DNA of 38,215 bases from Flavobacteriales bacterium (GCA_018669945.1 JABHTA010000211.1:1-38215); one strand, 5' to 3'; positions 9,000-18,288 are shown, counted from the stretch's first letter. Notes: generated by a model not told the origin, from the sequence alone. A program made the numbers and translations.

Positions 9000-9095
9000 A
9001 AAGGTAGTCATTCATGAATTTAAGTTAGGAGTTAGAATTATTTAATGACTACTGAGTATAAAAAGAGCCGTTTGTAAAGTTGCGGCTCTTTTTTA
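9000..9095 (+). ncRNA. Candidate small RNA (about 90 nt): stem-loop plus intrinsic terminator
   Basis: GTAGTCATT (9004..9012) pairs with AATGACTAC (9044..9052). Next comes AGAGCCG (9064..9070) / CGGCTCT (9083..9089) followed by a T-run to 9095. It is preceded by TAAATTTG at 8992..8999. No family is recognised, and it could simply be the 3' UTR of the USP gene. Confidence 0.2.
9064..9095. terminator. Bidirectional rho-independent terminator
   Basis: A 7-bp GC-rich stem AGAGCCG/CGGCTCT with a 12-nt loop. It is flanked by AAA on the left and TTTTTT on the right, and sits between convergent genes ending at 8908 (+) and 9324 (-). Confidence 0.6.
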
Positions 9096-9323
9096 TTAAC
9101 CTATTTCCTTCATAAATAGGAGTGCAGATAAACTTTTTTAAACTCCTACCCTATTTTCGTTTTATAACCTACAGACTTCTTCATTAATGATTTTATTGTC
9201 TAACTATGCTAGTATAGCCGAACTGCACTCTCAGAATTGAAATTTCATTAGCTGGCACCCACTTATATGCTAAATCACTAATATACTCTAACAAAAGCTT
9301 ATAACCTGAGAAGATAGCTCGAA

Positions 9324-9896
9324 TTAGTTAATCGTATCGATTGCTTGGTTCTGGTTTTTAGCTTTCAAAAACTCAATTATTTCATCGTCAGATAATGTTA
9401 ATAAATCTAATGAAGCAATTGCATCTTGTGCCAATTTATGATTGGGGTGACGTTTAATTAACTTCTCATAAATCTCTTTCGCTTTACCTTTCTGATTTAG
9501 ATGATTATCATTAATAAAAGCTGTTACATATAAACACATTACTCGCTTTTTGTAAGTATGATAATTGTCGTAAACTCTATTGTAAATAAGCTCAGCTTTT
9601 CTATAGTTCCGCAAGCCCATTTCAACATCTGCAGCTTTAAATAAATACTCAGCTGTCGATGGATCAAGCGGCAATTGCTTTGCATATTCTTTGTACGCCT
9701 TAACCACTTCTTGCGCTGTTCCTAAATTAAGCGATTTATTTTCAGATGAAATAAGTACTGCCTCTAATTCTTCAATCTGCTTAGCAGCTTCAATTTTATC
9801 AAAACTTTCATCTTGAAACTGCCCTTTTTCTGAATCTTTCTCGCCACAAGAAAGAAGCAATACAGCACTTAAAATCCCTCCCACTATTCTTTTCAT
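9324..9896 (-). CDS. TPR-like lipoprotein
   Basis: Lipoprotein signal MKRIVGGILSAVLLLSC. Helical repeat-like content (YKEYAKQLP...AEYLFKAADVEMGLRNYRKAELIYNRVYDNY...KAKEIYEKLIKRHPNHKLAQDA). The start lies 1 nt after the def stop. Confidence 0.6.
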   Translation of the reverse strand: MKRIVGGILSAVLLLSCGEKDSEKGQFQDESFDKIEAAKQIEELEAVLISSENKSLNLGTAQEVVKAYKEYAKQLPLDPSTAEYLFKAADVEMGLRNYRKAELIYNRVYDNYHTYKKRVMCLYVTAFINDNHLNQKGKAKEIYEKLIKRHPNHKLAQDAIASLDLLTLSDDEIIEFLKAKNQNQAIDTIN

Positions 9897-9897
9897 C

Positions 9898-10482
9898 TTA
9901 TCTCTTTTTTTTTAAATTAGGGAACCTCATTCTATACTTTGTTGAAGTATTTCCTTTAGAAATTTCTGCCAATTTTCTTTTTAATAATTTTCTTTTTAAA
10001 GCACTTAAATGGTCAGTAAACAAGACCCCTTCAATATGATCATATTCATGCTGAACAATTCGAGCAGCAATACCATTCAATTTCTCCTTTCTTAATTTAA
10101 AGGTTTCGTCATAATACTCAATGCATACTTCTGGTTGACGAAATACTTCCTCTCTTATGTTTGGAATACTTAAACAACCTTCTTCGAACCCCCACTCATC
10201 TCCTTTTTCTTCTGTAATTTCAGGATTAATGAATACTCGTTTAAAAGCTTTAGCTTCTGGATATTCATTGTCCTCATCATCTTCAGCAAAAGGCGCTGCA
10301 TCAACAATAAATAATCGAATCCCCTTACCTATCTGTGGGGCCGCCAATCCAACTCCAGCAGCACCATACATGGTTTCGAACATATTTTCGATAAGCTCTT
10401 TTAATTTAGGGTAGTCCTGATCGATATCATTACATTCCTGCTTTAAAACAGGGTCTCCATATGCTACAACTGGTAAAATCAT
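9898..10482 (-). CDS. def: Peptide deformylase
   Basis: All three deformylase motifs are present: GVGLAAPQIG, EGCLSIP, QHEYDHIEG. Confidence 0.95.
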   Translation of the reverse strand: MILPVVAYGDPVLKQECNDIDQDYPKLKELIENMFETMYGAAGVGLAAPQIGKGIRLFIVDAAPFAEDDEDNEYPEAKAFKRVFINPEITEEKGDEWGFEEGCLSIPNIREEVFRQPEVCIEYYDETFKLRKEKLNGIAARIVQHEYDHIEGVLFTDHLSALKRKLLKRKLAEISKGNTSTKYRMRFPNLKKKR

Positions 10483-10892
10483 TATTTCTTTTCTAAATAT
10501 GATTGCAAAATTAACGTTGCACTAACTTGATCTACAATTTCTTTTTGACTTCTTTTCTTCTTACTAAGACCTGAATCAATCATCGATTGAAAGGCAATTT
10601 TTGAAGTAAAACGCTCATCTACTCTTTGAATTTCAATAGTTGGCAAACATTTTTGCAAATTTCTAATAAATCCTTTAATATGTTGCTCTATATCTGCAGA
10701 TTCGTTATTTAATTTTTTAGGCTCGCCAATAACAATGGTTGCAACGTCTTCCTTTCCGCAATATTTCTCAATAAAATTAACAACTTCGCTAGCATGAACA
10801 GTATCTAAAGGGCTCGCTATTATCTGTAAAGTATCTGTCACTGCAATACCTACTCTTTTGGTGCCATAATCTATCGCCATCACTCTACTCAT
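10482..10892 (-). CDS. ruvX: Holliday-junction resolvase-like nuclease RuvX (YqgF)
   Basis: N-terminal MAIDYGTKRVGIAVTD motif and about 136 aa length. DERFTS segment typical of YqgF. The stop overlaps the def start (TAATG). Confidence 0.9.
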   Translation of the reverse strand: MSRVMAIDYGTKRVGIAVTDTLQIIASPLDTVHASEVVNFIEKYCGKEDVATIVIGEPKKLNNESADIEQHIKGFIRNLQKCLPTIEIQRVDERFTSKIAFQSMIDSGLSKKKRSQKEIVDQVSATLILQSYLEKK

Positions 10893-13306
10893 TATCTAGT
10901 GATGTTATTGATTTTTGTTTGTTGCTTAGCCGTCCATTGTCCATTTCTAACCAATACATCAATATTATGCTTATAGCTAGTTTGCGAGTAGAAATGCCTA
11001 AATACCTTCGTGCAAGGGTTAGATAATCTAGAATTAGGAGAGCCCATTGCTTCTATTAGGTTTTTAACCAATATTTCATCACTGTAGTTTAAGCGTTGCA
11101 AAGCTTGAGCAGAAGCAACACGCGTCTTAAATTCGTAAGAGATACTTGTATACTTAACTAACTCAGCTACTAATTCTGGGCTCTTATTTGAGTTAAATGA
11201 ATGCTCTAGCCATACAATTTTCACGTTTTTACTAATCGCCCCAACTTCATTCTTAGTTATTTCAAGATATCTCTCTATATTCTCTGGATATTCAAAACAC
11301 AACTTATTTAAAGATTTAGCAACTACTTCGTATGATTGGTCAGTTAGTAATTTTTCATAATCTGATAACAATTCTTGTGGTATATCCATCAAATTGGCGA
11401 TTACGGCTTTTCGAACCAGTACATCTTTATCACTAATAGCTTTTCTTATCAGCTCAATTGACAAAGCGCTTTTGTTGTCAGCTAACTGGGCCATAATTTC
11501 AGATTTTATTGCATGAAAATTTTCTTGATCAAATACTCGAACTAAAGCTTCTTGTTTTTTAGCTATCGGGTATTTTCGTAATGCTACAACTGCATCATAC
11601 CGGTCTAACATCATATGTGCTGAAAATGCTTGAATCACATTCATTCCGATTGGTTTATCGAACGAAACTTTTTTCATTACTTCGCTGTTTGGGTCAAATA
11701 AAACGTATGCTATTTCTTTATTAGCTATGTTATTGATTTTAACAACTTCTGTTTCTTTCTCAATCCACTCTTGCTGATTATCAGATGTGCCATCTGCATA
11801 ATGCACTTCAAACCAAATTGGCATTTTGAATAATCCTACAACTTCATTTTGCTCATGAACTTGAGTCACAGTAAACTGCGTGAACCGTTGACCGTTTTCG
11901 GATAGGTCTGAATAATCAACTTCATAATGCGGTTCGCCTCCTCGGTATACCCATTGATCCCAAAACCAATCTAAAGAAACTCCAAGAGTTTCATGAAAGG
12001 CTATTAATAAGTCTTCAGAATCTACGTTTTGATACTTATGTTTCTCTATATAGTGCTTAACAGAAGCATTAAACTCTTCGTTTCCAACAACGTAACGCAA
12101 CATATTAAGCACAAACGCCCCTTTTGGATAATGCCGAGTAGAACCAGCTGCACTATGCGCTAAAGGCTTATAATCAACCAAAGAAGCCTTTAAAGAACCA
12201 TTATTGCCTTGCCTTCTCGACCAATCGAAGTGATCTTGACCATAAAATCGCTTTTCATATAACATGTTATAGTGAGTGGCGAAACTCTCTTGCAGCCAAT
12301 GGTGCGAACTTGTTCGGGCCGTAACGCAGTCACCAAACCACTGATGAGCTAATTCATGTGCATTTACGGCAACATAATTCCTATCCAAAAAGGCTCTTTC
12401 ATCCACATGGAAAAAATCTCCATAAATTGTTGCTGTAGTGTTTTCCATTGCTCCATACATAAACTCTTGCACAGGAATTTGCGAGTACGAACTCCATGGA
12501 TACTCGACACCAATAGTTTCCTCAAAGAAATCAACCATATCTTCGCTGTTCTTATAAGTCCACTCTACTCTATCTTCATAATCAGGATAATACCAGAACG
12601 ACATTGGCGTACCGTTTTTCGACTTCGATTCTTTGATTTCATATTCTCCAATTCCTAACATTATTAGGTAAGCTGAATGTGGATGTGATATCTTGTACTG
12701 CCATGTTTTAGTGCCATCTTTATTATCTTTCTCCTTCAGTTTTTTACCATTTGAAAGTACCTTATATTTATTATCAAATGTCACAATCATTTCGCTAATA
12801 ATTTTGTCATTTCTCTCATCATACATTGGTATCCAATGACGATTATCAATTCCTTGACCTTGGCTCCATATCTGCTTTCTACTTAAATTATTTGGGTCAT
12901 TCCATCCAACAAAATAAAGCCCCTTCCAAGGGTTTGCCTCGTATTCTATTTCAAGCTGATGCTCTGCTCCTCTCTGAATAGGTTTAACAAATTTTATCGT
13001 AATTCCTTTCGCGTCTTTCTCGAACTGAGCTAATTCTCCATCAACCTTAACAGACTTGTATGTCATGTCGATACCATCTAGAAAGAGCTTATTTACATCA
13101 TTCTGTAATGACGTGAAAGTATGCGTTACCTTTCCAATAACCAATTTACTTTTAGGTTCGAAGGATAATTCAATTTTAGCATATTGCATATCAACCTTGT
13201 GCTCCCTAGGAATCCGCTTACTATCTTCTATAACGGTGTGTGTTTCAACTTGCGCAAAAAGCGCGAACGATGAAAGAATAAAAAGGACATTAAAAAATTG
13301 TTTCAT
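10892..13306 (-). CDS. Secreted M1-family zinc aminopeptidase with C-terminal helical-repeat region
   Basis: Signal peptide MKQFFNVLFILSSFALFAQ. GAMEN exopeptidase motif. HELAHQWFGD followed 18 residues later by the Glu of WLQESFA (HEXXH-X18-E). The stop overlaps the ruvX start (TAATG). Confidence 0.9.
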   Translation of the reverse strand: MKQFFNVLFILSSFALFAQVETHTVIEDSKRIPREHKVDMQYAKIELSFEPKSKLVIGKVTHTFTSLQNDVNKLFLDGIDMTYKSVKVDGELAQFEKDAKGITIKFVKPIQRGAEHQLEIEYEANPWKGLYFVGWNDPNNLSRKQIWSQGQGIDNRHWIPMYDERNDKIISEMIVTFDNKYKVLSNGKKLKEKDNKDGTKTWQYKISHPHSAYLIMLGIGEYEIKESKSKNGTPMSFWYYPDYEDRVEWTYKNSEDMVDFFEETIGVEYPWSSYSQIPVQEFMYGAMENTTATIYGDFFHVDERAFLDRNYVAVNAHELAHQWFGDCVTARTSSHHWLQESFATHYNMLYEKRFYGQDHFDWSRRQGNNGSLKASLVDYKPLAHSAAGSTRHYPKGAFVLNMLRYVVGNEEFNASVKHYIEKHKYQNVDSEDLLIAFHETLGVSLDWFWDQWVYRGGEPHYEVDYSDLSENGQRFTQFTVTQVHEQNEVVGLFKMPIWFEVHYADGTSDNQQEWIEKETEVVKINNIANKEIAYVLFDPNSEVMKKVSFDKPIGMNVIQAFSAHMMLDRYDAVVALRKYPIAKKQEALVRVFDQENFHAIKSEIMAQLADNKSALSIELIRKAISDKDVLVRKAVIANLMDIPQELLSDYEKLLTDQSYEVVAKSLNKLCFEYPENIERYLEITKNEVGAISKNVKIVWLEHSFNSNKSPELVAELVKYTSISYEFKTRVASAQALQRLNYSDEILVKNLIEAMGSPNSRLSNPCTKVFRHFYSQTSYKHNIDVLVRNGQWTAKQQTKINNITR

Positions 13307-13326
13307 TTGGTAAAATTAAATGAAAG

Positions 13327-13334
13327 CAAATATA
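13327..13334 (-). promoter_or_regulatory. Candidate -7 promoter motif (TATATTTG on minus strand) for the aminopeptidase-ruvX-def operon
   Basis: The plus strand reads CAAATATA. The motif ends about 20 nt upstream of the ATG at 13306. Confidence 0.35.
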
Positions 13335-13461
13335 GAGAAGTAACACATCTTAATCCATCCTATTATGGAGAAAATCAACCATTCAATAAATCATGAGCAC
13401 CAATAAACAGTATTTCGTTAATAACTGAATAATTGCCTGAATGGTAAGTATGTAATTTCAA

Positions 13462-13469
13462 TACATTTG
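13462..13469 (+). promoter_or_regulatory. Candidate -7 promoter motif (TACATTTG) for gldF-gldG
   Basis: TAnnTTTG ending 19 nt upstream of the GTG start at 13489. Confidence 0.35.
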
Positions 13470-13488
13470 TGCCAATAAAATTCGCGCA

Positions 13489-14220
13489 GTGTTTACGTTA
13501 TTAAAAAAAGAAATAAGTAGTTTTTTGAGTTCCCTAATTGGGTACATCGTGATGGTTGTATTTATTACCACTATAGGCCTTTTTATGTGGGTATTCCCAG
13601 GGGAGTTTAACGTACTCGATTCTGGATATGCTAATATCGATACGTTATTTGTAATTGCACCATGGGTATTCATGTTTTTAGCACCCGCGATAACTATGCG
13701 AATGTTTTCGGAAGAAAAAAGGACCGGTACAATTGAGCTATTACTTACAAAACCGATTAGTGACTGGGGAATCATTCTAGCTAAATACTTCGCAGGTTTT
13801 CTTTTAGTATTGTTCTCGCTCTTACCTTCTTTACTATACTTCTATTCTGTAAACCAGCTAGGCAGTCCTGCGAATAACATGGATACCGGTGGCATGTGGG
13901 GGTCTTACATCGGATTGGTATTCTTGTCTGCTGGGTTCGTTGCCATTGGTTTATTCGCTTCAGCAGTTACCGAAAGTCAAATTGTATCCTTTATTCTTGC
14001 GGTATTTCTGTCGTTCTTTTGCTATATAGGCTTTGAGTCGATTAGCTCTTTAGGCATCCTCGGAAACGTAGATAGCCTGATTCTTAGTTTAGGAATTAAC
14101 GAACATTATATTTCGATGAGTCGTGGAGTTATCGATACTCGAGACACGATTTACTTCATCAGTCTTGTTGCTGTTTTCTTGCTATTTACAAAAACCGTTT
14201 TGGAGAGTAGAAAATGGTAA
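13489..14220 (+). CDS. gldF: Gliding-motility ABC-2-type transporter permease GldF
   Basis: About 243 aa with six hydrophobic segments. N-terminus LLKKEISSFLSSLIGYIV and EEKRTGTIELLLTKPIS are typical of GldF/ABC-2 permeases. It is followed by gldG with a 7-nt overlap (ATGGTAA). Confidence 0.8.
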   Translation: MFTLLKKEISSFLSSLIGYIVMVVFITTIGLFMWVFPGEFNVLDSGYANIDTLFVIAPWVFMFLAPAITMRMFSEEKRTGTIELLLTKPISDWGIILAKYFAGFLLVLFSLLPSLLYFYSVNQLGSPANNMDTGGMWGSYIGLVFLSAGFVAIGLFASAVTESQIVSFILAVFLSFFCYIGFESISSLGILGNVDSLILSLGINEHYISMSRGVIDTRDTIYFISLVAVFLLFTKTVLESRKW

Positions 14221-15911
14221 GTCATCAAGCTCGAAATAAAAGAAATGACATTATAGGTTTAGCTGTAGCTATTGCAATAGTGTTGTTGTTGAATTACGTG
14301 GGGTCATTTGTATTTAGTAGGTTCGACTTAACAACAGAGAAACGTTATTCTCTATCTGACGCAACGAAAAACCTCGTTAGCGAATTGGACGACAACATTT
14401 ATATCAAAATCTATTTAGAAGGTGATTTACCTGCCAATTTCTTGCGTTTAAGAAATTCAACGAAAGAAACCCTTGACGAAATTAGAGCATACTCCAATGG
14501 CAAATTGGATTATATTTTTATTAATCCTGGTGAAAGTCCAGATCAAGATGTACGAGATGCGCTCTATCAAGAGTTAACAAACAAGGGAATCCAGTATAGC
14601 AACCTTCGTTCTGCAGATGGAGATGTGCAGTCTGAACAGATAATATTTCCTGGCGCTATTTTTTCTTATCAAGGCAAAGAAGTTCCATTACAAATTTTAA
14701 AAAGTCAATTAGGAACAGCACCTGAAGTGATGCTAAATAATTCTATCCAACAATTAGAATATGAGATTGCGAGCTCTATTAAAAAACTAGTTCGTCCAAA
14801 AAGACAAAAAATAGCCTTCCTTGAAGGTCATGGAGAGATAGATGACATGCACTTAGCAGATATAGCTAAAACATTAGATGAATTCTATACCGTTGACAGA
14901 GCAAAATTAGGTGGTCAATTAGTAAGTTTAGAAGATTATGACGCGGTAATTATTGCGAAACCTGATACCGCTTTTAGCGAAAAAGACAAATACATTTTAG
15001 ATCAATTCATCATGAATGGCGGTAAAACAATGTGGTTAATTGACCATGTTTTTGCCTCTATGGATAGTCTACAAAAAACCGGCACCTCTGTTGGCATTCC
15101 GATGTCTTTAAACTTAGAAGATATGTTGTTCCGCTATGGTTGCAGGATTAATACCAATTTAGTAATGGATTTACAAGCTTTACCTATCCCTATCGTTACT
15201 GGATATGAAGGAAACCAGCCAAAGCAAGAATTAATGGCCTGGTATTATTATCCTTTAATAATGGATCATCCAAAACACCCAATTGTAAGTAATTTAGACG
15301 CTCTAAAAACTGAGTTCGTCAATAGTGTTGATACTGTTGGGGGAAAAGGAATTAAAAAAACTGTATTACTTACTACCTCTGAGCGAAGTAAGTTAGCTGC
15401 AACTCCTGCTAGAATTAGCTTAAATATGCTTCGATACCCGCCAGACGAAAGGCAATATGTGAAGCAAAAAATTCCTATTGCTGTTCTTCTTGAAGGTAAA
15501 TTCCAGTCAAACTATAAAAACAGACTAACAAAAGAATTTACCTCCAACCGCGAGTTAAAATTCAAAGAATCTGGTTTAGAAAACAAGATGATTGTTGTTG
15601 GCGATGGCGACATAATAAAAAATGGATTCAATGAAGCTAATAGATCATTTAAACCAATGGGTTACGATGTATACACGCAAAGAACATATGGAAATAAAGA
15701 TTTTATTCTAAACTCACTCAACTACCTTTTAGACGATTCTGGTTTGATTCAAGCAAGAAGTAAAGAATTTAAAATTCGATTATTAAACAAGCAAATGGTT
15801 GATGCTGAAAGACAAAAATGGCAATTAATTAATACCGTGATTCCGGTTTTACTAATTGCATTGTTCGGATTTATCCAGTTCTTTATAAGAAGGCGGAATT
15901 ACGCTAAATAA
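14214..15911 (+). CDS. gldG: Gliding-motility-associated ABC transporter substrate-binding/auxiliary protein GldG
   Basis: About 565 aa with N- and C-terminal TM anchors. FDLT..KRYSLS... start and a large periplasmic body, as in GldG / ABC_transp_aux proteins. It is overlap-coupled to gldF. Confidence 0.8.
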   Translation: MVSHQARNKRNDIIGLAVAIAIVLLLNYVGSFVFSRFDLTTEKRYSLSDATKNLVSELDDNIYIKIYLEGDLPANFLRLRNSTKETLDEIRAYSNGKLDYIFINPGESPDQDVRDALYQELTNKGIQYSNLRSADGDVQSEQIIFPGAIFSYQGKEVPLQILKSQLGTAPEVMLNNSIQQLEYEIASSIKKLVRPKRQKIAFLEGHGEIDDMHLADIAKTLDEFYTVDRAKLGGQLVSLEDYDAVIIAKPDTAFSEKDKYILDQFIMNGGKTMWLIDHVFASMDSLQKTGTSVGIPMSLNLEDMLFRYGCRINTNLVMDLQALPIPIVTGYEGNQPKQELMAWYYYPLIMDHPKHPIVSNLDALKTEFVNSVDTVGGKGIKKTVLLTTSERSKLAATPARISLNMLRYPPDERQYVKQKIPIAVLLEGKFQSNYKNRLTKEFTSNRELKFKESGLENKMIVVGDGDIIKNGFNEANRSFKPMGYDVYTQRTYGNKDFILNSLNYLLDDSGLIQARSKEFKIRLLNKQMVDAERQKWQLINTVIPVLLIALFGFIQFFIRRRNYAK

Positions 15912-15920
15912 CATTCTATC

Positions 15921-16922
15921 ATGAAAAAGAATTTACTACCTATTTTATTGTTGCTTGTTTTAGGAGGAGCTGCAGCATATTTTTATCTTACTAAATCTGG
16001 TTCAACACTTCAACCTGAACTAACCAATTACGCTTTTAAAGATACAGCAGCTATTACAAAAATATTTTTAGCAGACAAACAAGGAAACAAAATTCTCCTG
16101 GAACGAGAAAGCTCAAAAAAATGGATGGTCAATAAAGATTTTATTGCCAGACAAGATGGAATAAATAACATACTAGATGCAATTGCAAGAGTTGAAATCA
16201 AAACGCCAATTAACAAAGCAGCTTACGAAACTATATTGAAAAGACTTTCGAGTATTGGCATTAAAGTAGAAATTTATACCGATTCTGATAGTCCGGCAAA
16301 AGTATATTATGTTGGCGGACCAAGTAAAGACCACACGGGCACCGAAATGTTGTTAGAAGGCTCTTCTACCCCTCACTTAACATATATTCCGGGAATTTAT
16401 GGATTTTTAACCCCTCGCTACTTTGTTAACATTAATGAATGGAAAGACAGATCGATTTTTAAATATGAATATGGGGAAATTGCAAAAATTAGAGTCGAAT
16501 ACCCACATGACCCATCCGAATCGTTCGAAATAACAGACCTAGGTAATAACATGTATTCATTGATGGATATTTCTCGAAATATCGATTTACCCAATTTTGA
16601 CACGTTAGCATTATTCGACTATGTTGCTCGTTTTCAAAGCATTTCATATGAAGGTTTTGAGGAAACAAAAACAGAGCAATACATTCAAGGAATAAAAGAA
16701 ACCACACCACAACAAATATATACTGTAACAGATAAACTTGGGAATACAAAGACTTGTACTACTTATCTAAAACCTGCAAAAGAAGATGCTAAGGACCTAG
16801 AAGGCAACAAAATATATTTCGATTTAGATCGGTTTTATGCAGTAGTTGACGATAAGGATTTTGTTGTGATCCAGCACTTTTTGTTCGACAATATTCAACG
16901 GAAATTGACTGATTTCAGGTAG
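15921..16922 (+). CDS. DUF4340-like membrane-anchored protein
   Basis: Starts 9 nt after the gldG stop. N-terminal anchor MKKNLLPILLLLVLGGAAAYFYL. Sequence pattern ...ITKIFLADKQGNKILLERESSKKWMVN...ARQDGINNILDAIARVEI... and ...WKDRSIF..YGEIAKIRVEY resembles DUF4340, recalled from memory and not searched. Confidence 0.55.
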   Translation: MKKNLLPILLLLVLGGAAAYFYLTKSGSTLQPELTNYAFKDTAAITKIFLADKQGNKILLERESSKKWMVNKDFIARQDGINNILDAIARVEIKTPINKAAYETILKRLSSIGIKVEIYTDSDSPAKVYYVGGPSKDHTGTEMLLEGSSTPHLTYIPGIYGFLTPRYFVNINEWKDRSIFKYEYGEIAKIRVEYPHDPSESFEITDLGNNMYSLMDISRNIDLPNFDTLALFDYVARFQSISYEGFEETKTEQYIQGIKETTPQQIYTVTDKLGNTKTCTTYLKPAKEDAKDLEGNKIYFDLDRFYAVVDDKDFVVIQHFLFDNIQRKLTDFR

Positions 16923-16979
16923 TCTTTTTCTTGTTGAAAACTAGTAACTTATTCTCGTTACTTCTTCTAATCAAAAAAT

Positions 16980-16987
16980 TATATTTG
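16980..16987 (+). promoter_or_regulatory. Candidate -7 promoter motif (TATATTTG) for dnaN
   Basis: TAnnTTTG ending 24 nt upstream of the ATG at 17012. Confidence 0.35.
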
Positions 16988-17011
16988 CTATCCTTATAAA
17001 AATATATTCCT

Positions 17012-18136
17012 ATGAAATTTATTGTATCCAGTTCGGCTTTATTAAAACATCTTCAATCTATTGCAGGAGTTCTAAACAGCAGCAATACACTTCCCATTCT
17101 AGACAACTTTTTGTTTACAATAAAGAAGAAAAATTTGAATATTTCAGCTTCCGATTTAGAGACAACAATCACTACTTTGGTTGAATTAGATAAAGTAGAC
17201 AAAGACGGCACAATTGCTATTCCTGCAAAATTACTTTTAGACACACTTAAAACATTTGCAGAGCAACCACTTCATTTTACAGTTGACGATAAAACTTTTG
17301 GAATAGAAATAGCTTCTGATAATGGCAAGTACAAATTATCTGGACAAAATGGAGACGAGTTTCCTAAAATCCCAACTGTTGATTCTGCTGCATCTTTAGA
17401 TATAAATAGCTCAATTATTTTTAATGCAATTGATAAGACCTTGTTTGCTGCAGGAAATGACGAATTAAGACCTGTTATGTCTGGTGTTTTATTTCAGTTA
17501 ACGTCAAGCGGATTAACATTTGTTGCAACAGATGCTCATAAACTAGTTCGCTATACAAGAAAGGATGCTAAAACAAAAAAGAGTGCTGATTTAATTCTAC
17601 CGAAGAAGCCTTTAAATTTGTTAAAGAGTCTTTTAACTAATTCTGACGAGAAGATTAAATTTGAATATAATGACGCAAATGCATTCTTTAAATTTGCTAA
17701 TATTGAGCTAGTGTGTAGGCTAATTGATGGTAAATACCCGAACTACGATGCGGTTATTCCAAAAGAGAATCCTAACCAACTTTCAATTGATCGCGTTGCA
17801 TTTTTAAACTCAATAAAAAGGATTTCAATTTTCAGTAACAAAACCACACATCAAGTTCGTTTAAAAATTGCCGGTAGCGAGCTTAACCTTTCTGCCGAAG
17901 ATTTAGATTTTGCTAACGAAGCCACGGAGCGCTTAACTTGCAGTTACACTGGTGACGATATCGAGATTGGCTTCAACTCTCGTTTCTTAGTTGAAATGTT
18001 GAACAACCTGCAAACCGACAATGTTATTCTTGAAATGTCTGCACCAAACAGAGCAGGAATATTGTTGCCAGGTGAATCAGACAATAAAGACGAAGATTTG
18101 TTGATGTTGGTAATGCCAGTGATGCTGAATAGTTAG
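17012..18136 (+). CDS. dnaN: DNA polymerase III beta sliding clamp
   Basis: 374 aa. MKFIVSSSALLKHLQSIAGV...NTLPILDNFLF, ...ELRPVMSGVLFQ..., ...ATDAHKL..., ...GKYPNYDAVIP..., ...LMLVMPVML are classic DnaN segments. Confidence 0.95.
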   Translation: MKFIVSSSALLKHLQSIAGVLNSSNTLPILDNFLFTIKKKNLNISASDLETTITTLVELDKVDKDGTIAIPAKLLLDTLKTFAEQPLHFTVDDKTFGIEIASDNGKYKLSGQNGDEFPKIPTVDSAASLDINSSIIFNAIDKTLFAAGNDELRPVMSGVLFQLTSSGLTFVATDAHKLVRYTRKDAKTKKSADLILPKKPLNLLKSLLTNSDEKIKFEYNDANAFFKFANIELVCRLIDGKYPNYDAVIPKENPNQLSIDRVAFLNSIKRISIFSNKTTHQVRLKIAGSELNLSAEDLDFANEATERLTCSYTGDDIEIGFNSRFLVEMLNNLQTDNVILEMSAPNRAGILLPGESDNKDEDLLMLVMPVMLNS

Positions 18137-18280
18137 TCTATTTATTCTCCAATTACTCTTTGTTTGGAAATTGGCAAAGTACTATTCTGAATTTAACGCG
18201 TCCAAATTCATTAATAAATAAGTTTCCTTATTCGCGAGATTTGGTTATGCAATTAATTCTTCTTTATCTTATGAATACTA

Positions 18281-18288
18281 TATTTTTG
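18281..18288 (+). promoter_or_regulatory. Candidate -7 promoter motif (TATTTTTG) for the 1136-aa T9SS gene
   Basis: TAnnTTTG ending 43 nt upstream of the ATG at 18332. Confidence 0.3.

Noticed and set aside
9162-9307. 9-nt direct repeat TTATAACCT (9162..9170 and 9299..9307) in the gene-free region downstream of the TPR lipoprotein gene. I considered it as att-like or insertion-scar repeats.
   Set aside because: A single 9-mer repeat in AT-rich non-coding DNA is within chance expectation. There is no integrase, tRNA or compositional break nearby.
17012-18136. dnaN as a marker for a nearby replication origin
   Set aside because: No dnaA gene is adjacent. I saw no cluster of TTATCCACA-like DnaA boxes or an AT-rich unwinding element in the flanking gaps (16923..17011, 18137..18331). 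dnaN unlinked from dnaA is normal in Bacteroidota.
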